Source: Actinomycetes bacterium
GTDB lineage: Bacteria; Actinomycetota; Coriobacteriia; Anaerosomatales; Anaerosomataceae
Direction: 5' to 3'
NCBI GenBank assembly: GCA_021372825.1
Contig: JAJFTR010000102.1
Location: 1 to 21,101, forward strand
Length of the DNA: 21,101 bases
This document shows positions 1 to 7,343 of the stretch, piece after piece. Under the pieces are notes generated by a model. The model was not told where the DNA came from and made no database searches. It saw only the letters and a list, made by a program, of their open reading frames with translations. How positions within the stretch are numbered: the first letter of the stretch is position 1; the number at the start of each line of letters is the position of its first letter. The translations under genes were made by a program, and so were the position numbers.

Positions 1-700
1 CCGGAACGGGTGCGATCTCGGCGCGGAACAGCGCGTCTTCCGGATGGTCGGCATCAAAGGGGTTCACGTTCGTGAGGATCCGGTACACGAGAGAAGCGAA
101 CGCCCACTCGTCGGTGCGTACGTCGAGCGGCCGGCCCCGGAGCTGTTCGGGTGGCATGTAACCCAGCGTGCCCGCGCTTCCGCGTGCCCGGCCGGTGGCA
201 TCGGTGAGCGCCGAGACGCCGAAGTCCGCGACTTTCACGTGCCCGTCGCGGCTCACGAGCACGTTAGCGGGTTTGAGGTCGAGGTGGAGCACGCCGTTTT
301 GGTGCGCGAACTCAAGGGCCGCCGCCACCGCGTCGACAACGGCGGCGGCTTCGTCCAGATCAAGAGGCGCGCGCGTCTCGTTCAGGATGTCGGCAACAGA
401 GGCGCCGTCGATGGCTTCCATGACGATGAAGGCTTCGTCGGAGTCCGTGTCCCACTCGTGGACGGTCACGATGCAGGGGTGGTTCAGCAGAGCAGCGGTC
501 CTTGCCTCGGCAAGTCCTGTACGAGGGGTCGCACGTCCGAAGCGGTCCTGTGGCAAAGGCAGCCTCTTGATCGCGACTCTGCGCGCCATCTTCGTGTCGA
601 ACGCCAGGGTGACGGAGCCGTGGCCACCGGCGCCGAGATCGGCGAGCGGGCGGTAGCGGTCGACGATGAGAGGTCTGTCCACAGGCGCCTTTCTGGTCAC
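1..700 (-). CDS. Hanks-type Ser/Thr protein kinase, N-terminal catalytic domain (3'-partial: C-terminus lies beyond the window start)
   Basis: Reverse-strand translation gives the Gly-loop LGAGGHGSV, the VAIK lysine, the catalytic loop HLDLKPANVL, the DFG motif (VADFGVS) and the activation segment GTLGYMPPEQL. The frame stays open down to position 1, and I checked it at several points. The start is GTG at 700, with an in-frame GTG at 682 as an alternative. Plus-strand ORFs 44..823 and 168..656 are shadows of this gene. Confidence 0.85.
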   Translation of the reverse strand, partial: MTRKAPVDRPLIVDRYRPLADLGAGGHGSVTLAFDTKMARRVAIKRLPLPQDRFGRATPRTGLAEARTAALLNHPCIVTVHEWDTDSDEAFIVMEAIDGASVADILNETRAPLDLDEAAAVVDAVAAALEFAHQNGVLHLDLKPANVLVSRDGHVKVADFGVSALTDATGRARGSAGTLGYMPPEQLRGRPLDVRTDEWAFASLVYRILTNVNPFDADHPEDALFRAEIAPVP

Positions 701-720
701 GTTGATTGTAGCGTGACCAG
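693..720. promoter_or_regulatory. Perfect 8-bp inverted repeat CTGGTCAC-n12-GTGACCAG between the cytochrome stop and the kinase start; the spacer carries TACAAT on the minus strand
   Basis: The palindrome is seen directly. It overlaps the GTG at 700. The -10-like TACAAT sits 4 nt upstream of that GTG on the coding strand. It could be an operator, an I-shaped terminator for the cytochrome gene, or the promoter of the kinase. Confidence 0.3.
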
Positions 721-734
721 AAGTGCAGGTCTGG

Positions 735-2009
735 CTACGGCAGCTGCCCCTGCGGGTGGCAGTTCATGCACAGGTCGTCGCCTGAGGTCGTTGGGCTGCC
801 CTCCACGAGCATGTAGTCGTTGACTGTCTCGTGAGGAAAGTTCTGAAAGCGGGGGTTGTCCGCCGTCGTGGTGACCCAAGTGCTCCCGTCCCAGGTTACG
901 CTGTCGGGGCTGACGATGCGGGCTGGCGCTGCGTCGCCGATCGTGCCCGTCGCATCAAGGGCGCCGGCATTTCGCGAGTCCTCATGGCACTGCTGACAGA
1001 TGGGCTTGTGAGCACCCTGCTCGGGAGTCCTCGGCCAGGGCATCAAGTAGCCACGGTTGCCCGAATTGCTGGGTTGATCCACCCAATGCTCGCTCGAGGA
1101 GTAAGTCCAATCGTACGGAACGCCTCCGAGGGGGCCGAAGATTGTCGTCGCAGTCGGCGCCTCGGTGGCGAGGATCGCCACTTGCGAGTATGTGAACGCC
1201 CCGGGTCCCGCGTCCACCGGGTGGTTCTCGACCACCCCGCCGGACATGCGGCCCGCGTGACAGCCTGCGCACCAGTCGGAACCATATGCGGTCGTCTCAC
1301 TGGAGGCGCCTGTGGGGCGCTTCTTCAGCAGCCGGTCTGTCGCGGGAGACGGCTCGTTTGCCCGCACGCGTATCCTGTCGCCCTTGAAGGCGCCCACTGT
1401 CTGGGCGCCGTGCACACTGTGGCAGTCGTTGCAGGCAAGGACTCCTCCCGTTCCTGAGAACATGCGCGTGGCGTCGCCGCCCGTGGCGGAGTCCCCGCCA
1501 GGTATCGTCGAAGTCGGCTCGATCATTCGGTGTGCGGCGCCGCCTGTGGCGGGGTCACGATCTTGTGGATCCACACCCGTGCGCGCCTTGATCGTCCCGT
1601 AGACCCCCCAGCCACCTGTTCCGTCATGACAGGTGAAGCACGTGTCCGTCACCGTCGCGCCAGCGAGCAGAAGCACACCTCCTGCAGGCGCATTGTGCAC
1701 GGAATGGCAGACCCTGCACTTGGTGGTCGAGGCCGTGTAGTTGCCGTGCGGCCCCTTCCAGTCGTCGAAAGCGAAGCCAGGTGCGTTGCCGTCGTAGGGA
1801 GGAGTCGCGTGGCAGTTCACACAGGAATCGTCTGGGTTGGGTCCGAAGAAGCCGCCCTGGAAGTGGCAGATCGTACAGTCCGACACCGAGCCGGAGATCA
1901 CGTAGGGCTCTTGGTACGCCGAGGCCGCCGAAGTGTGCGCAACCACCAGCGCGGCCGCGAATGCGCCGATGATCAGTAGATGTCTTCCCACTCGCCTTGT
2001 GAGCCTCAC
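735..2009 (-). CDS. Secreted octaheme c-type cytochrome (8 CXXCH heme-binding motifs)
   Basis: ORF track 735..2219 (minus). The motifs are CTICH, CVNCH, CRVCH, CFTCH, CNDCH, CAGCH, CQQCH and CMNCH. The likely true start is GTG at 2009, preceded by GAGGGGA, giving a Sec signal peptide (M)RLTRRVGRHLLIIGAFAAALVVAHTSAASA|YQ. The track's longer N-terminus would run through the tRNA gene and is rejected. The stop TAG is confirmed at 735-737. Confidence 0.85.
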   Translation of the reverse strand: MRLTRRVGRHLLIIGAFAAALVVAHTSAASAYQEPYVISGSVSDCTICHFQGGFFGPNPDDSCVNCHATPPYDGNAPGFAFDDWKGPHGNYTASTTKCRVCHSVHNAPAGGVLLLAGATVTDTCFTCHDGTGGWGVYGTIKARTGVDPQDRDPATGGAAHRMIEPTSTIPGGDSATGGDATRMFSGTGGVLACNDCHSVHGAQTVGAFKGDRIRVRANEPSPATDRLLKKRPTGASSETTAYGSDWCAGCHAGRMSGGVVENHPVDAGPGAFTYSQVAILATEAPTATTIFGPLGGVPYDWTYSSSEHWVDQPSNSGNRGYLMPWPRTPEQGAHKPICQQCHEDSRNAGALDATGTIGDAAPARIVSPDSVTWDGSTWVTTTADNPRFQNFPHETVNDYMLVEGSPTTSGDDLCMNCHPQGQLP

Positions 2010-2123
2010 ACGGTCCCCTCGACCCGTGGGCGGATCAGTCGCCCCTGCCGCTACGAGTATACGACGAGTCTTGGCCGCAAACCATCGTTCTGCAGAACCC
2101 CGCCACTTCCTGCACGCACGGCG

Positions 2124-2153
2124 TTGTCGCGCGTGTGCCGGGGGTGCTACTAT
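2124..2153 (+). promoter_or_regulatory. Candidate sigma-70-type promoter for tRNA-Leu (-35 TTGTCG, 18-nt spacer, -10 TACTAT)
   Basis: The hexamers are read directly, and the -10 ends 14 nt before the mature tRNA 5' end. There is no experimental support. Confidence 0.35.
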
Positions 2154-2167
2154 CTCTACTCGCACAC

Positions 2168-2253
2168 GCGGGTGTGGCGGAATGGCAGACGCGCATGGTT
2201 CAGGTCCATGTGGGGGCAACCCCGTGAAGGTTCAACTCCTTTCACCCGCACCA
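2168..2253 (+). tRNA. tRNA-Leu, anticodon CAG, class II with a long variable arm and an encoded CCA
   Basis: Folded by hand. The acceptor stem is 7 bp (GCGGGTG/CACCCGC) and the D-stem is 3 bp. The anticodon stem CATGG/CCATG carries the loop TTCAGGT (U33, CAG, G37). The variable arm is GGGG-CAA-CCCC, the T-loop is TTCAACT, and the 3' end is a discriminator A followed by CCA. Confidence 0.9.
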
Positions 2254-2265
2254 GACGATTCGCGA

Positions 2266-2298
2266 GCGGCCTCTCTTTCGGAGAGGCCGCTGTTGTTT
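2266..2298 (+). terminator. Intrinsic terminator after the tRNA: 10-bp stem GCGGCCTCTC/GAGAGGCCGC, loop TTTCG, then TGTTGTTT
   Basis: A perfect hairpin followed by a T-rich tract, 12 nt downstream of the tRNA CCA end. Confidence 0.55.
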
Positions 2299-2600
2299 AC
2301 GCCGAGCCGGTGCAGGCTGGGCTGCGCCACGTCACATGCTCGAGCCGAACATCCGCACGACATCGGTCCAGCGCATGACCGAGTAGACGATCGTGAGCAT
2401 CATGGCCGCCGTAGAGCAGAGCCGTAGAAGCGGCCCGATCAGGGTCCCTCCTCGCTTGCGGCCTCATGGCGGCGCCTGCACTCTTGCGGCCGCGCACACC
2501 CGGTCCGCAACTCGGCGCGATGTGTGTGTCATCGGAGTCGTGTACTCTTATCAGCAGGACAGCACTGCTGAGACTCACGACGGACGAGGGGGATCGATTC

Positions 2601-4805
2601 GTGGACGCATTGACCAGCATCTTCGGCACTGTAGGGGCATGGGTCGTGCTCGTGGTGTGTGTGCTCGTGGTGGGGTGGTTCCTGCTCGGCGTGAGGATCA
2701 TCTCGGCCGATAGAGTCGGCATCCTGGAGAAGTGGTGGTCTCCCCGGGGCTCGCTCAAGGACAACATCATTGCGCTCAAAGGCGAGGCAGGCTACCAGCC
2801 TACCGTGCTGCGAGGCGGGATCCACTTCCGCACGCCGTTGATGTACCGCGTGCACGTGATGCCGCTGATCACGATCCCGCAAGGCAAGATCGGATACGTG
2901 TTCGCGCGAGACGGGCAGCCGTTGGAGCCCCAGCAGACACTCGCGAGGGTGGTGGAGTGCAACTACTTCCAAGACGTGCAGGCGTTCTTCGCCAATGGCG
3001 GTCAGCGAGGTCCGCAGCGGGCGGTCTTGCGTGAGGGCACCTACGCCTTCAACCTGGCGCAGTTCGTCGTCATCACCGAAAGCCGCACCTACTTCCTGCC
3101 CATGGGCAGCAAAGAGGAAGAAGCGACCATCGAGTCGATGGCCACCTATCTTCACAGCATCGGCGGCTTCGACCCCGTGGTCATCCGCGGCACTGACGAC
3201 AAGACGGGTATCGTCACTGTGCACGATGGCCCGTCGCTGCCGATGGGGGACATCATCGCCCCGCCGGTCGGTGACAAGGCGACAGACCCCAACTATCACA
3301 ACAACTTCCAGAATCCCGAGAAGTTCTTGGCCGCTGGCGGCTTCCGCGGTCGACAGTACCAGGTGCTCACCGAGGGCACGTACTTCATCAATCGCCTGTT
3401 CGCGACCGTCGAGGTCATCCCCAAAGTGGTGGTGCCGGTCGGCTTCGCGGGTGTCGTGGTGAGCTACTTCGGTCCCAAGGGAGCTGACACCTCAGGCGAG
3501 GAGTATCGCCACGGCGAACTCGTGGCTCCGGGCAATCGGGGCGTGTGGAACGAAGCACTGCTGCCAGGCAAGTACGCGTTCAACACCTACGCGGGCTCGA
3601 TCGTCATGGTGCCGACCACCAACATCATCCTCAAGTGGGTGCGTGGCGAGACCGGCGACCACCACTATGACGAGAACCTGGCCGAAGTGAACCTTATCAC
3701 CAAGGACGCCTTCGAGCCCCTGCTGCCGCTCTCGTGCGTGATCCACATCGACTACAAGAAGGCACCGCTCGTGATTCAGCGGTTCGGCGACATCAAGATG
3801 CTGGTGAACCAAACCCTCGACCCGATGGTCTCGGCGTACTTCAAGAACATCGGCCAGACCAAGACCATCATCGAGCTGATCCAGCAGCGGTCCGACATCC
3901 AGAAGACCTCGTCGGTGGAGATGAAGGAGAAGTTCGCGCACTACAACTTGGAGCTCGAAGAGGTGCTCATCGGCACCCCGCACTCCACGCCGGGTGACGA
4001 CAAGATAGAGACGATCCTGATGCAACTGCGTGACCGCCAGATCGCATACGAGAAGCTCGAGACCTTCGAGAAGCAGCGTGTCGCGGCTGACAAGGAGCGC
4101 GAGCTCAAAGAAGCGCAGGCCACTGCCGAGCAGCAGACGGTGCTCACCCAGTCGCAGATCAACATCCAAGTGCAGGAGAACCAGGCTCGCGCCGAGCTGC
4201 AGCGGGCTGTCCAGGACGCCGAGCGCGTCCGCACACTCGCCAAGGCCGACGCCGACAAGGTCAAGACGCTCGCCGACGGCGACGCGCAAAAAGTCAAGCT
4301 CATGGCCGAGGCGGACGCCAAGAAAGTCGAGATGATGGCCGAGGCGGACGCGACGCGAGTGAAGAAGATCGGCGAGGCGGACGCTTTGCGAGTGAAGCTC
4401 ATCGCCGAGGCCGACGCAGAGAAGGAAGCGAAGGTGGGCGTCGGTAAGGCTATCGCCATCGACGAGCAGGTGCGGGCGTATGGCGGTCCCCAGCTTCAGC
4501 TCATGCAGGACGTCCTCACCAAGGTCGCGATGGCGATCGAGAGCTCCAAGGTGCCGATCGTGCCGTCGACGGTCGTCACCATGGGCGGCGACGGCGGAGA
4601 AGCCGCCTCGGCGAACATGAACGCATTCGGGCTGCTGATGTCCCTCATGGCCACCGAGAAGCTCGGGGAGTTCACCACCGCGGAGAGGCCCGTGGACCCT
4701 GCGCAAGCCGAGATGGTTGCCGAGATCAAGAAGCATATGCGTGACCAGGCAGCGGCCGAGAGCAGGATGCCACAGAGCGAGACCGCGCCCAGCCCTGAGG
4801 TATGA
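2601..4805 (+). CDS. Flotillin-like SPFH/band-7 membrane scaffold protein with a long Ala/Glu-rich coiled-coil repeat region
   Basis: ORF track 2466..4805. I placed the start at GTG 2601 because GAGGGGGA lies 7 nt upstream. The product has an N-terminal TM helix (GAWVVLVVCVLVVGWFLLGV), an SPFH core, and flotillin-type EA repeats (AEADAKKVEMMAEADATRVKKIGEADALRVKLIAEADAEKEAK). ATG 2521 or the ORF start at 2466 remain possible. Confidence 0.8.
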   Translation: MDALTSIFGTVGAWVVLVVCVLVVGWFLLGVRIISADRVGILEKWWSPRGSLKDNIIALKGEAGYQPTVLRGGIHFRTPLMYRVHVMPLITIPQGKIGYVFARDGQPLEPQQTLARVVECNYFQDVQAFFANGGQRGPQRAVLREGTYAFNLAQFVVITESRTYFLPMGSKEEEATIESMATYLHSIGGFDPVVIRGTDDKTGIVTVHDGPSLPMGDIIAPPVGDKATDPNYHNNFQNPEKFLAAGGFRGRQYQVLTEGTYFINRLFATVEVIPKVVVPVGFAGVVVSYFGPKGADTSGEEYRHGELVAPGNRGVWNEALLPGKYAFNTYAGSIVMVPTTNIILKWVRGETGDHHYDENLAEVNLITKDAFEPLLPLSCVIHIDYKKAPLVIQRFGDIKMLVNQTLDPMVSAYFKNIGQTKTIIELIQQRSDIQKTSSVEMKEKFAHYNLELEEVLIGTPHSTPGDDKIETILMQLRDRQIAYEKLETFEKQRVAADKERELKEAQATAEQQTVLTQSQINIQVQENQARAELQRAVQDAERVRTLAKADADKVKTLADGDAQKVKLMAEADAKKVEMMAEADATRVKKIGEADALRVKLIAEADAEKEAKVGVGKAIAIDEQVRAYGGPQLQLMQDVLTKVAMAIESSKVPIVPSTVVTMGGDGGEAASANMNAFGLLMSLMATEKLGEFTTAERPVDPAQAEMVAEIKKHMRDQAAAESRMPQSETAPSPEV

Positions 4806-4826
4806 GACTCACACCTCCGCAAGGGA

Positions 4827-4850
4827 GAGGCCCTGCTTTCACGGGGCCTC
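4827..4850 (+). terminator. Possible weak terminator hairpin GAGGCCC-(10-nt loop)-GGGCCTC after the flotillin gene
   Basis: A 7-bp GC stem lies 22 nt after the stop. The tail TTCGCGC is poor in U, so confidence is low. Confidence 0.3.
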
Positions 4851-5003
4851 TTCGCGCTCGGATGGAAGAGCGGGCGGCGCTCAGGTATCATGACCGTCCA
4901 GCGCGTCCGGGCAGGGAATCGCGCGCGCAAGTCGAACTCACGAACTGTATACGATACTCGAATCCGGGTGGCTTGGCGCCGCCGTCTCTGGGGGACTGCG
5001 ACC

Positions 5004-6341
5004 ATGCTTTCTGAACGCATCATCACGTCCGTACTCAGGCTTCTCAACAAGACATACCTCGAGACCACACCTGTGGACATGGACCGGCTACCTGACCCGG
5101 CGCCCGGGCACACCTACACGCTCTATGCGCACGTGCCCTTCTGCGAGCGGCTGTGCCCCTATTGCTCTTTCAACCGGTTCGTCTTCTCGGAAGAGCGGGC
5201 GCGCTCGTATTTCCGGTGTCTGCGGCGCGAGATGCGCATGGTCGCCGAGTCGGGGTATGACTTCACATCGCTCTACGTCGGTGGCGGCACGCCTACCATT
5301 CTCGTGGACGAGCTTGTGGAGACGATCGACTTGGCACGCGAGCTCTTCCCCGGCATCGACGAGGTCTCGGCCGAGACGAGCCCGAACCATCTCACCGATG
5401 CGACCATCGGCAAGCTCGCGCACCGGGTGCAGCGGATGTCGGTGGGCGTGCAGTCGTTCGATGACATGCTTCTGCAGCAGATGGCGCGCTACGACAAGTA
5501 CGGGTGCGGTCGAGAGGTTTGGGAGGCTGTGGCCAATGCGGCCGGCCGCTTCCCGTCGCTCAATGTCGACATGATCTTCAACTTCCCGAGTCAGACCGAA
5601 GCGATGCTCGAGCGTGATATCGAGCTCGTCAGGGCCACCGGTGCGAACCAGACGACGTTCTACCCGCTCATGGCCTCGCCGAAGATGCGCGGGGAAGTGG
5701 CACGTACGATCGGTCACATAGACTACGGACGGGAGGCGGACTTCTACCGCACGATCTGCGAAGGGCTTGCGCCCGAGTTCGAGAACTCATCGGCGTGGAC
5801 CTTCTCCAAGGACAAGGACGCCATGATCGACGAATACATCGTGGATACCGAGGAATATGTGGGGATCGGCTCTGGGGCGATGTCTTTCTTGGGCGGCCGC
5901 ATCTACCACAATACTTTCTCCCTTTCGGATTACGAGCAGCGGATAGGGCGCGGCCGCATGTCCGTGGCCAAGGCGAGCAAGCCGTACAGCCGCGTCGGCA
6001 GGATGCGGTATCGGTTTGTGACCGATCTCTTCGGCCTCGCGCTCGACAAGGAGCGCTTCCGCCGGGACTTCGGTGTGCCCGCGAAGATCGGTCTTGCGGC
6101 CGAATTGACGTTCATGCGCCTATCAGGGGGGATAGCGGCGGACGATGGGCGGTACATCACTCTTACCGACAAGGGCCGCTATCTGCTGTTAGTGATGATG
6201 CGTGAGACACTCGCCGCGTCCAATGACGTGCGAGACCACGAGCGCGAGCTCCTTCCCGAGGACGAGAAGATGCTACTCTTTGACGACCATCAGGTCTGTG
6301 AGGACCCGGCGATCATCGAAGAATGCTTGGCGGCGAGCTAG
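5004..6341 (+). CDS. HemW/HemN-family radical-SAM protein (heme chaperone / coproporphyrinogen dehydrogenase-like)
   Basis: ORF track 4890..6341. The start is the first ATG at 5004, with GGGGGA 9 nt upstream. The radical-SAM cluster motif is YAHVPFCERLCPYCSFN (CX3CX2C) and the SAM motif is LYVGGGTPT. There is no fourth Cys after the CxxC, which resembles HemW more than HemN. Confidence 0.85.
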   Translation: MLSERIITSVLRLLNKTYLETTPVDMDRLPDPAPGHTYTLYAHVPFCERLCPYCSFNRFVFSEERARSYFRCLRREMRMVAESGYDFTSLYVGGGTPTILVDELVETIDLARELFPGIDEVSAETSPNHLTDATIGKLAHRVQRMSVGVQSFDDMLLQQMARYDKYGCGREVWEAVANAAGRFPSLNVDMIFNFPSQTEAMLERDIELVRATGANQTTFYPLMASPKMRGEVARTIGHIDYGREADFYRTICEGLAPEFENSSAWTFSKDKDAMIDEYIVDTEEYVGIGSGAMSFLGGRIYHNTFSLSDYEQRIGRGRMSVAKASKPYSRVGRMRYRFVTDLFGLALDKERFRRDFGVPAKIGLAAELTFMRLSGGIAADDGRYITLTDKGRYLLLVMMRETLAASNDVRDHERELLPEDEKMLLFDDHQVCEDPAIIEECLAAS

Positions 6342-6384
6342 TGCCGCACGCTGGTACGCGAGTGCTTCCGCGCGGGGGACACCG

Positions 6385-7287
6385 GTGACGAACGATTCAG
6401 ATCCCACAACGATCGCGGCGTCAGTAGAACGCCCCTCGGCGGCTGGTGCGTATCTGACGCTCACAAAACCCAAGCAAACGGCGCTGTTACTCGCTACCGG
6501 TATCGGTGCGTATGTGCTCACGGCCTCTCCAGACCTCGTGTGGGGTCGCTTCGGTCTGGGGATGCTCGCACTGGCCCTCGCGGTATCAGGGTGCACGGCA
6601 CTCAACATGGTGGCCGATCGCGATATCGATGCGAAGATGGGGCGCACCTCAGGGCGGCCGTTGCCCACGGGTAGTGTCTCGACGCGCTCGGCAGTCGTCT
6701 TCGGCTTTGTCTTGTCCGCTGCAGGACTCGGCGTTTCCTGGCTTCTATCGCCGGTGTTCGGGGCTGTGGTAAGTGCCGGGTTCTTCTTCGACCTGGTCGT
6801 CTACACGATGTGGCTCAAGCGGCGCACGCCGCTTTCGATCTTGTTCGGCGGCATCTCAGGCGGGATGCCGGCGCTTGCGGGGCGCACGCTCGCGACTGGT
6901 GGCGTGGACGCTGTGGGGCTGCTGCTGGCCGCGGGAGTGGTGCTGTGGATCCCCGCGCACATCTTGACACTCTCGATGCGCTACCAGGGTGAGTATGACT
7001 CGGCCGGAGTGCCTGTATGGCCAGCTGTGTTCGGACCGCGGGCGACACGCCGGGTGGTTGCGGCGGGAACGATCCTCGCCACGATGGTTCTCACGGCGGC
7101 CGGTGTTCTCGAGCGGATCGACGTGTGGGCGCTCGTGGCCTTGGCGCTTATCGGCGTTGTGATCGACGGGCTCGCAATCGCCGCACTGGTCGTACCCACA
7201 GAGAAGCGCAATTGGCGCCTGTTCAAGGCTGCTTCGGTCTACATGCTCGGCGCCTTCGCGTGTCTCACCTTCGGCGCAGTGCTGTAA
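6385..7287 (+). CDS. ctaB: Protoheme IX farnesyltransferase (heme O synthase), UbiA family
   Basis: It carries the CtaB/CyoE signature NMVADRDIDAKMGRTSGRPLPTG and an N-terminal YLTLTKPK. There are several TM segments and a second Asp-rich region. The start is GTG at 6385, with GGGGGA 5 nt upstream. The ORF-track start at 6202 would overlap the preceding gene. Confidence 0.85.
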   Translation: MTNDSDPTTIAASVERPSAAGAYLTLTKPKQTALLLATGIGAYVLTASPDLVWGRFGLGMLALALAVSGCTALNMVADRDIDAKMGRTSGRPLPTGSVSTRSAVVFGFVLSAAGLGVSWLLSPVFGAVVSAGFFFDLVVYTMWLKRRTPLSILFGGISGGMPALAGRTLATGGVDAVGLLLAAGVVLWIPAHILTLSMRYQGEYDSAGVPVWPAVFGPRATRRVVAAGTILATMVLTAAGVLERIDVWALVALALIGVVIDGLAIAALVVPTEKRNWRLFKAASVYMLGAFACLTFGAVL

Positions 7288-7343
7288 GCACACGGCGCGC
7301 CGCGTGGTACTCTCTGTGCAGGGTACGAGGCGGAGGTGCGAGG

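Noticed and set aside
44-823. Plus-strand ORFs 44..823 (259 aa) and 168..656 (162 aa)
   Set aside because: They are antisense shadows of the minus-strand kinase gene, whose translation shows unambiguous kinase motifs. The plus-frame products are Arg/Gly/Val-rich low-complexity sequence with no start signals.
2010-2219. N-terminal 70 codons of ORF 735..2219 (MPPHGPEP...)
   Set aside because: The extension has no RBS, reads as low-complexity Pro/Arg-rich sequence, and would overlap the tRNA-Leu gene on the opposite strand. The GTG at 2009, with a GAGGGGA SD and a signal peptide, is the credible start.
2254-2600. Genomic-island boundary at the tRNA-Leu 3' end
   Set aside because: No integrase, no recombinase and no direct repeat of the tRNA 3' end is visible downstream in the window. 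The downstream genes are housekeeping-like. The tRNA was kept only as a plain tRNA gene.
2297-2779. Minus ORF 2297..2779 and plus ORFs 2393..2713 and 2732..3034 around the flotillin start
   Set aside because: They overlap the flotillin gene or its leader in other frames or on the other strand. They lack SD sequences, and their products are His/Thr/Arg-rich artefacts of GC-rich DNA.
4200-4445. Possibility that the periodic GCCGAGGCGGACGC repeats are a CRISPR-like array
   Set aside because: The repeat units are short (about 14 nt), imperfect, in-frame, and encode the flotillin EA heptads. There are no spacers of uniform length and no cas genes.
3492-4736. Long antisense ORF 3492..4736 (414 aa) and ORF 3941..4459 inside the flotillin gene
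   Set aside because: These open frames arise from the repetitive GC-rich coiled-coil coding sequence. The products are Leu/Gly/Arg-rich with no domain resemblance. The sense strand has the clear SPFH/flotillin product.
4890-5003. Upstream extension of the HemW-like ORF (MTVQRVRAGNRARKSNSRTVYDTRIRVAWRRRLWGTAT)
   Set aside because: It is a basic, low-complexity peptide without an SD. The first ATG (5004, with GGGGGA upstream) begins a conserved-looking N-terminus.
6202-6384. Upstream extension of ctaB from the ORF track
   Set aside because: It would overlap the end of the preceding gene by 140 nt in another frame. GTG at 6385 has an SD and gives the canonical CtaB N-terminus (...YLTLTKPK).
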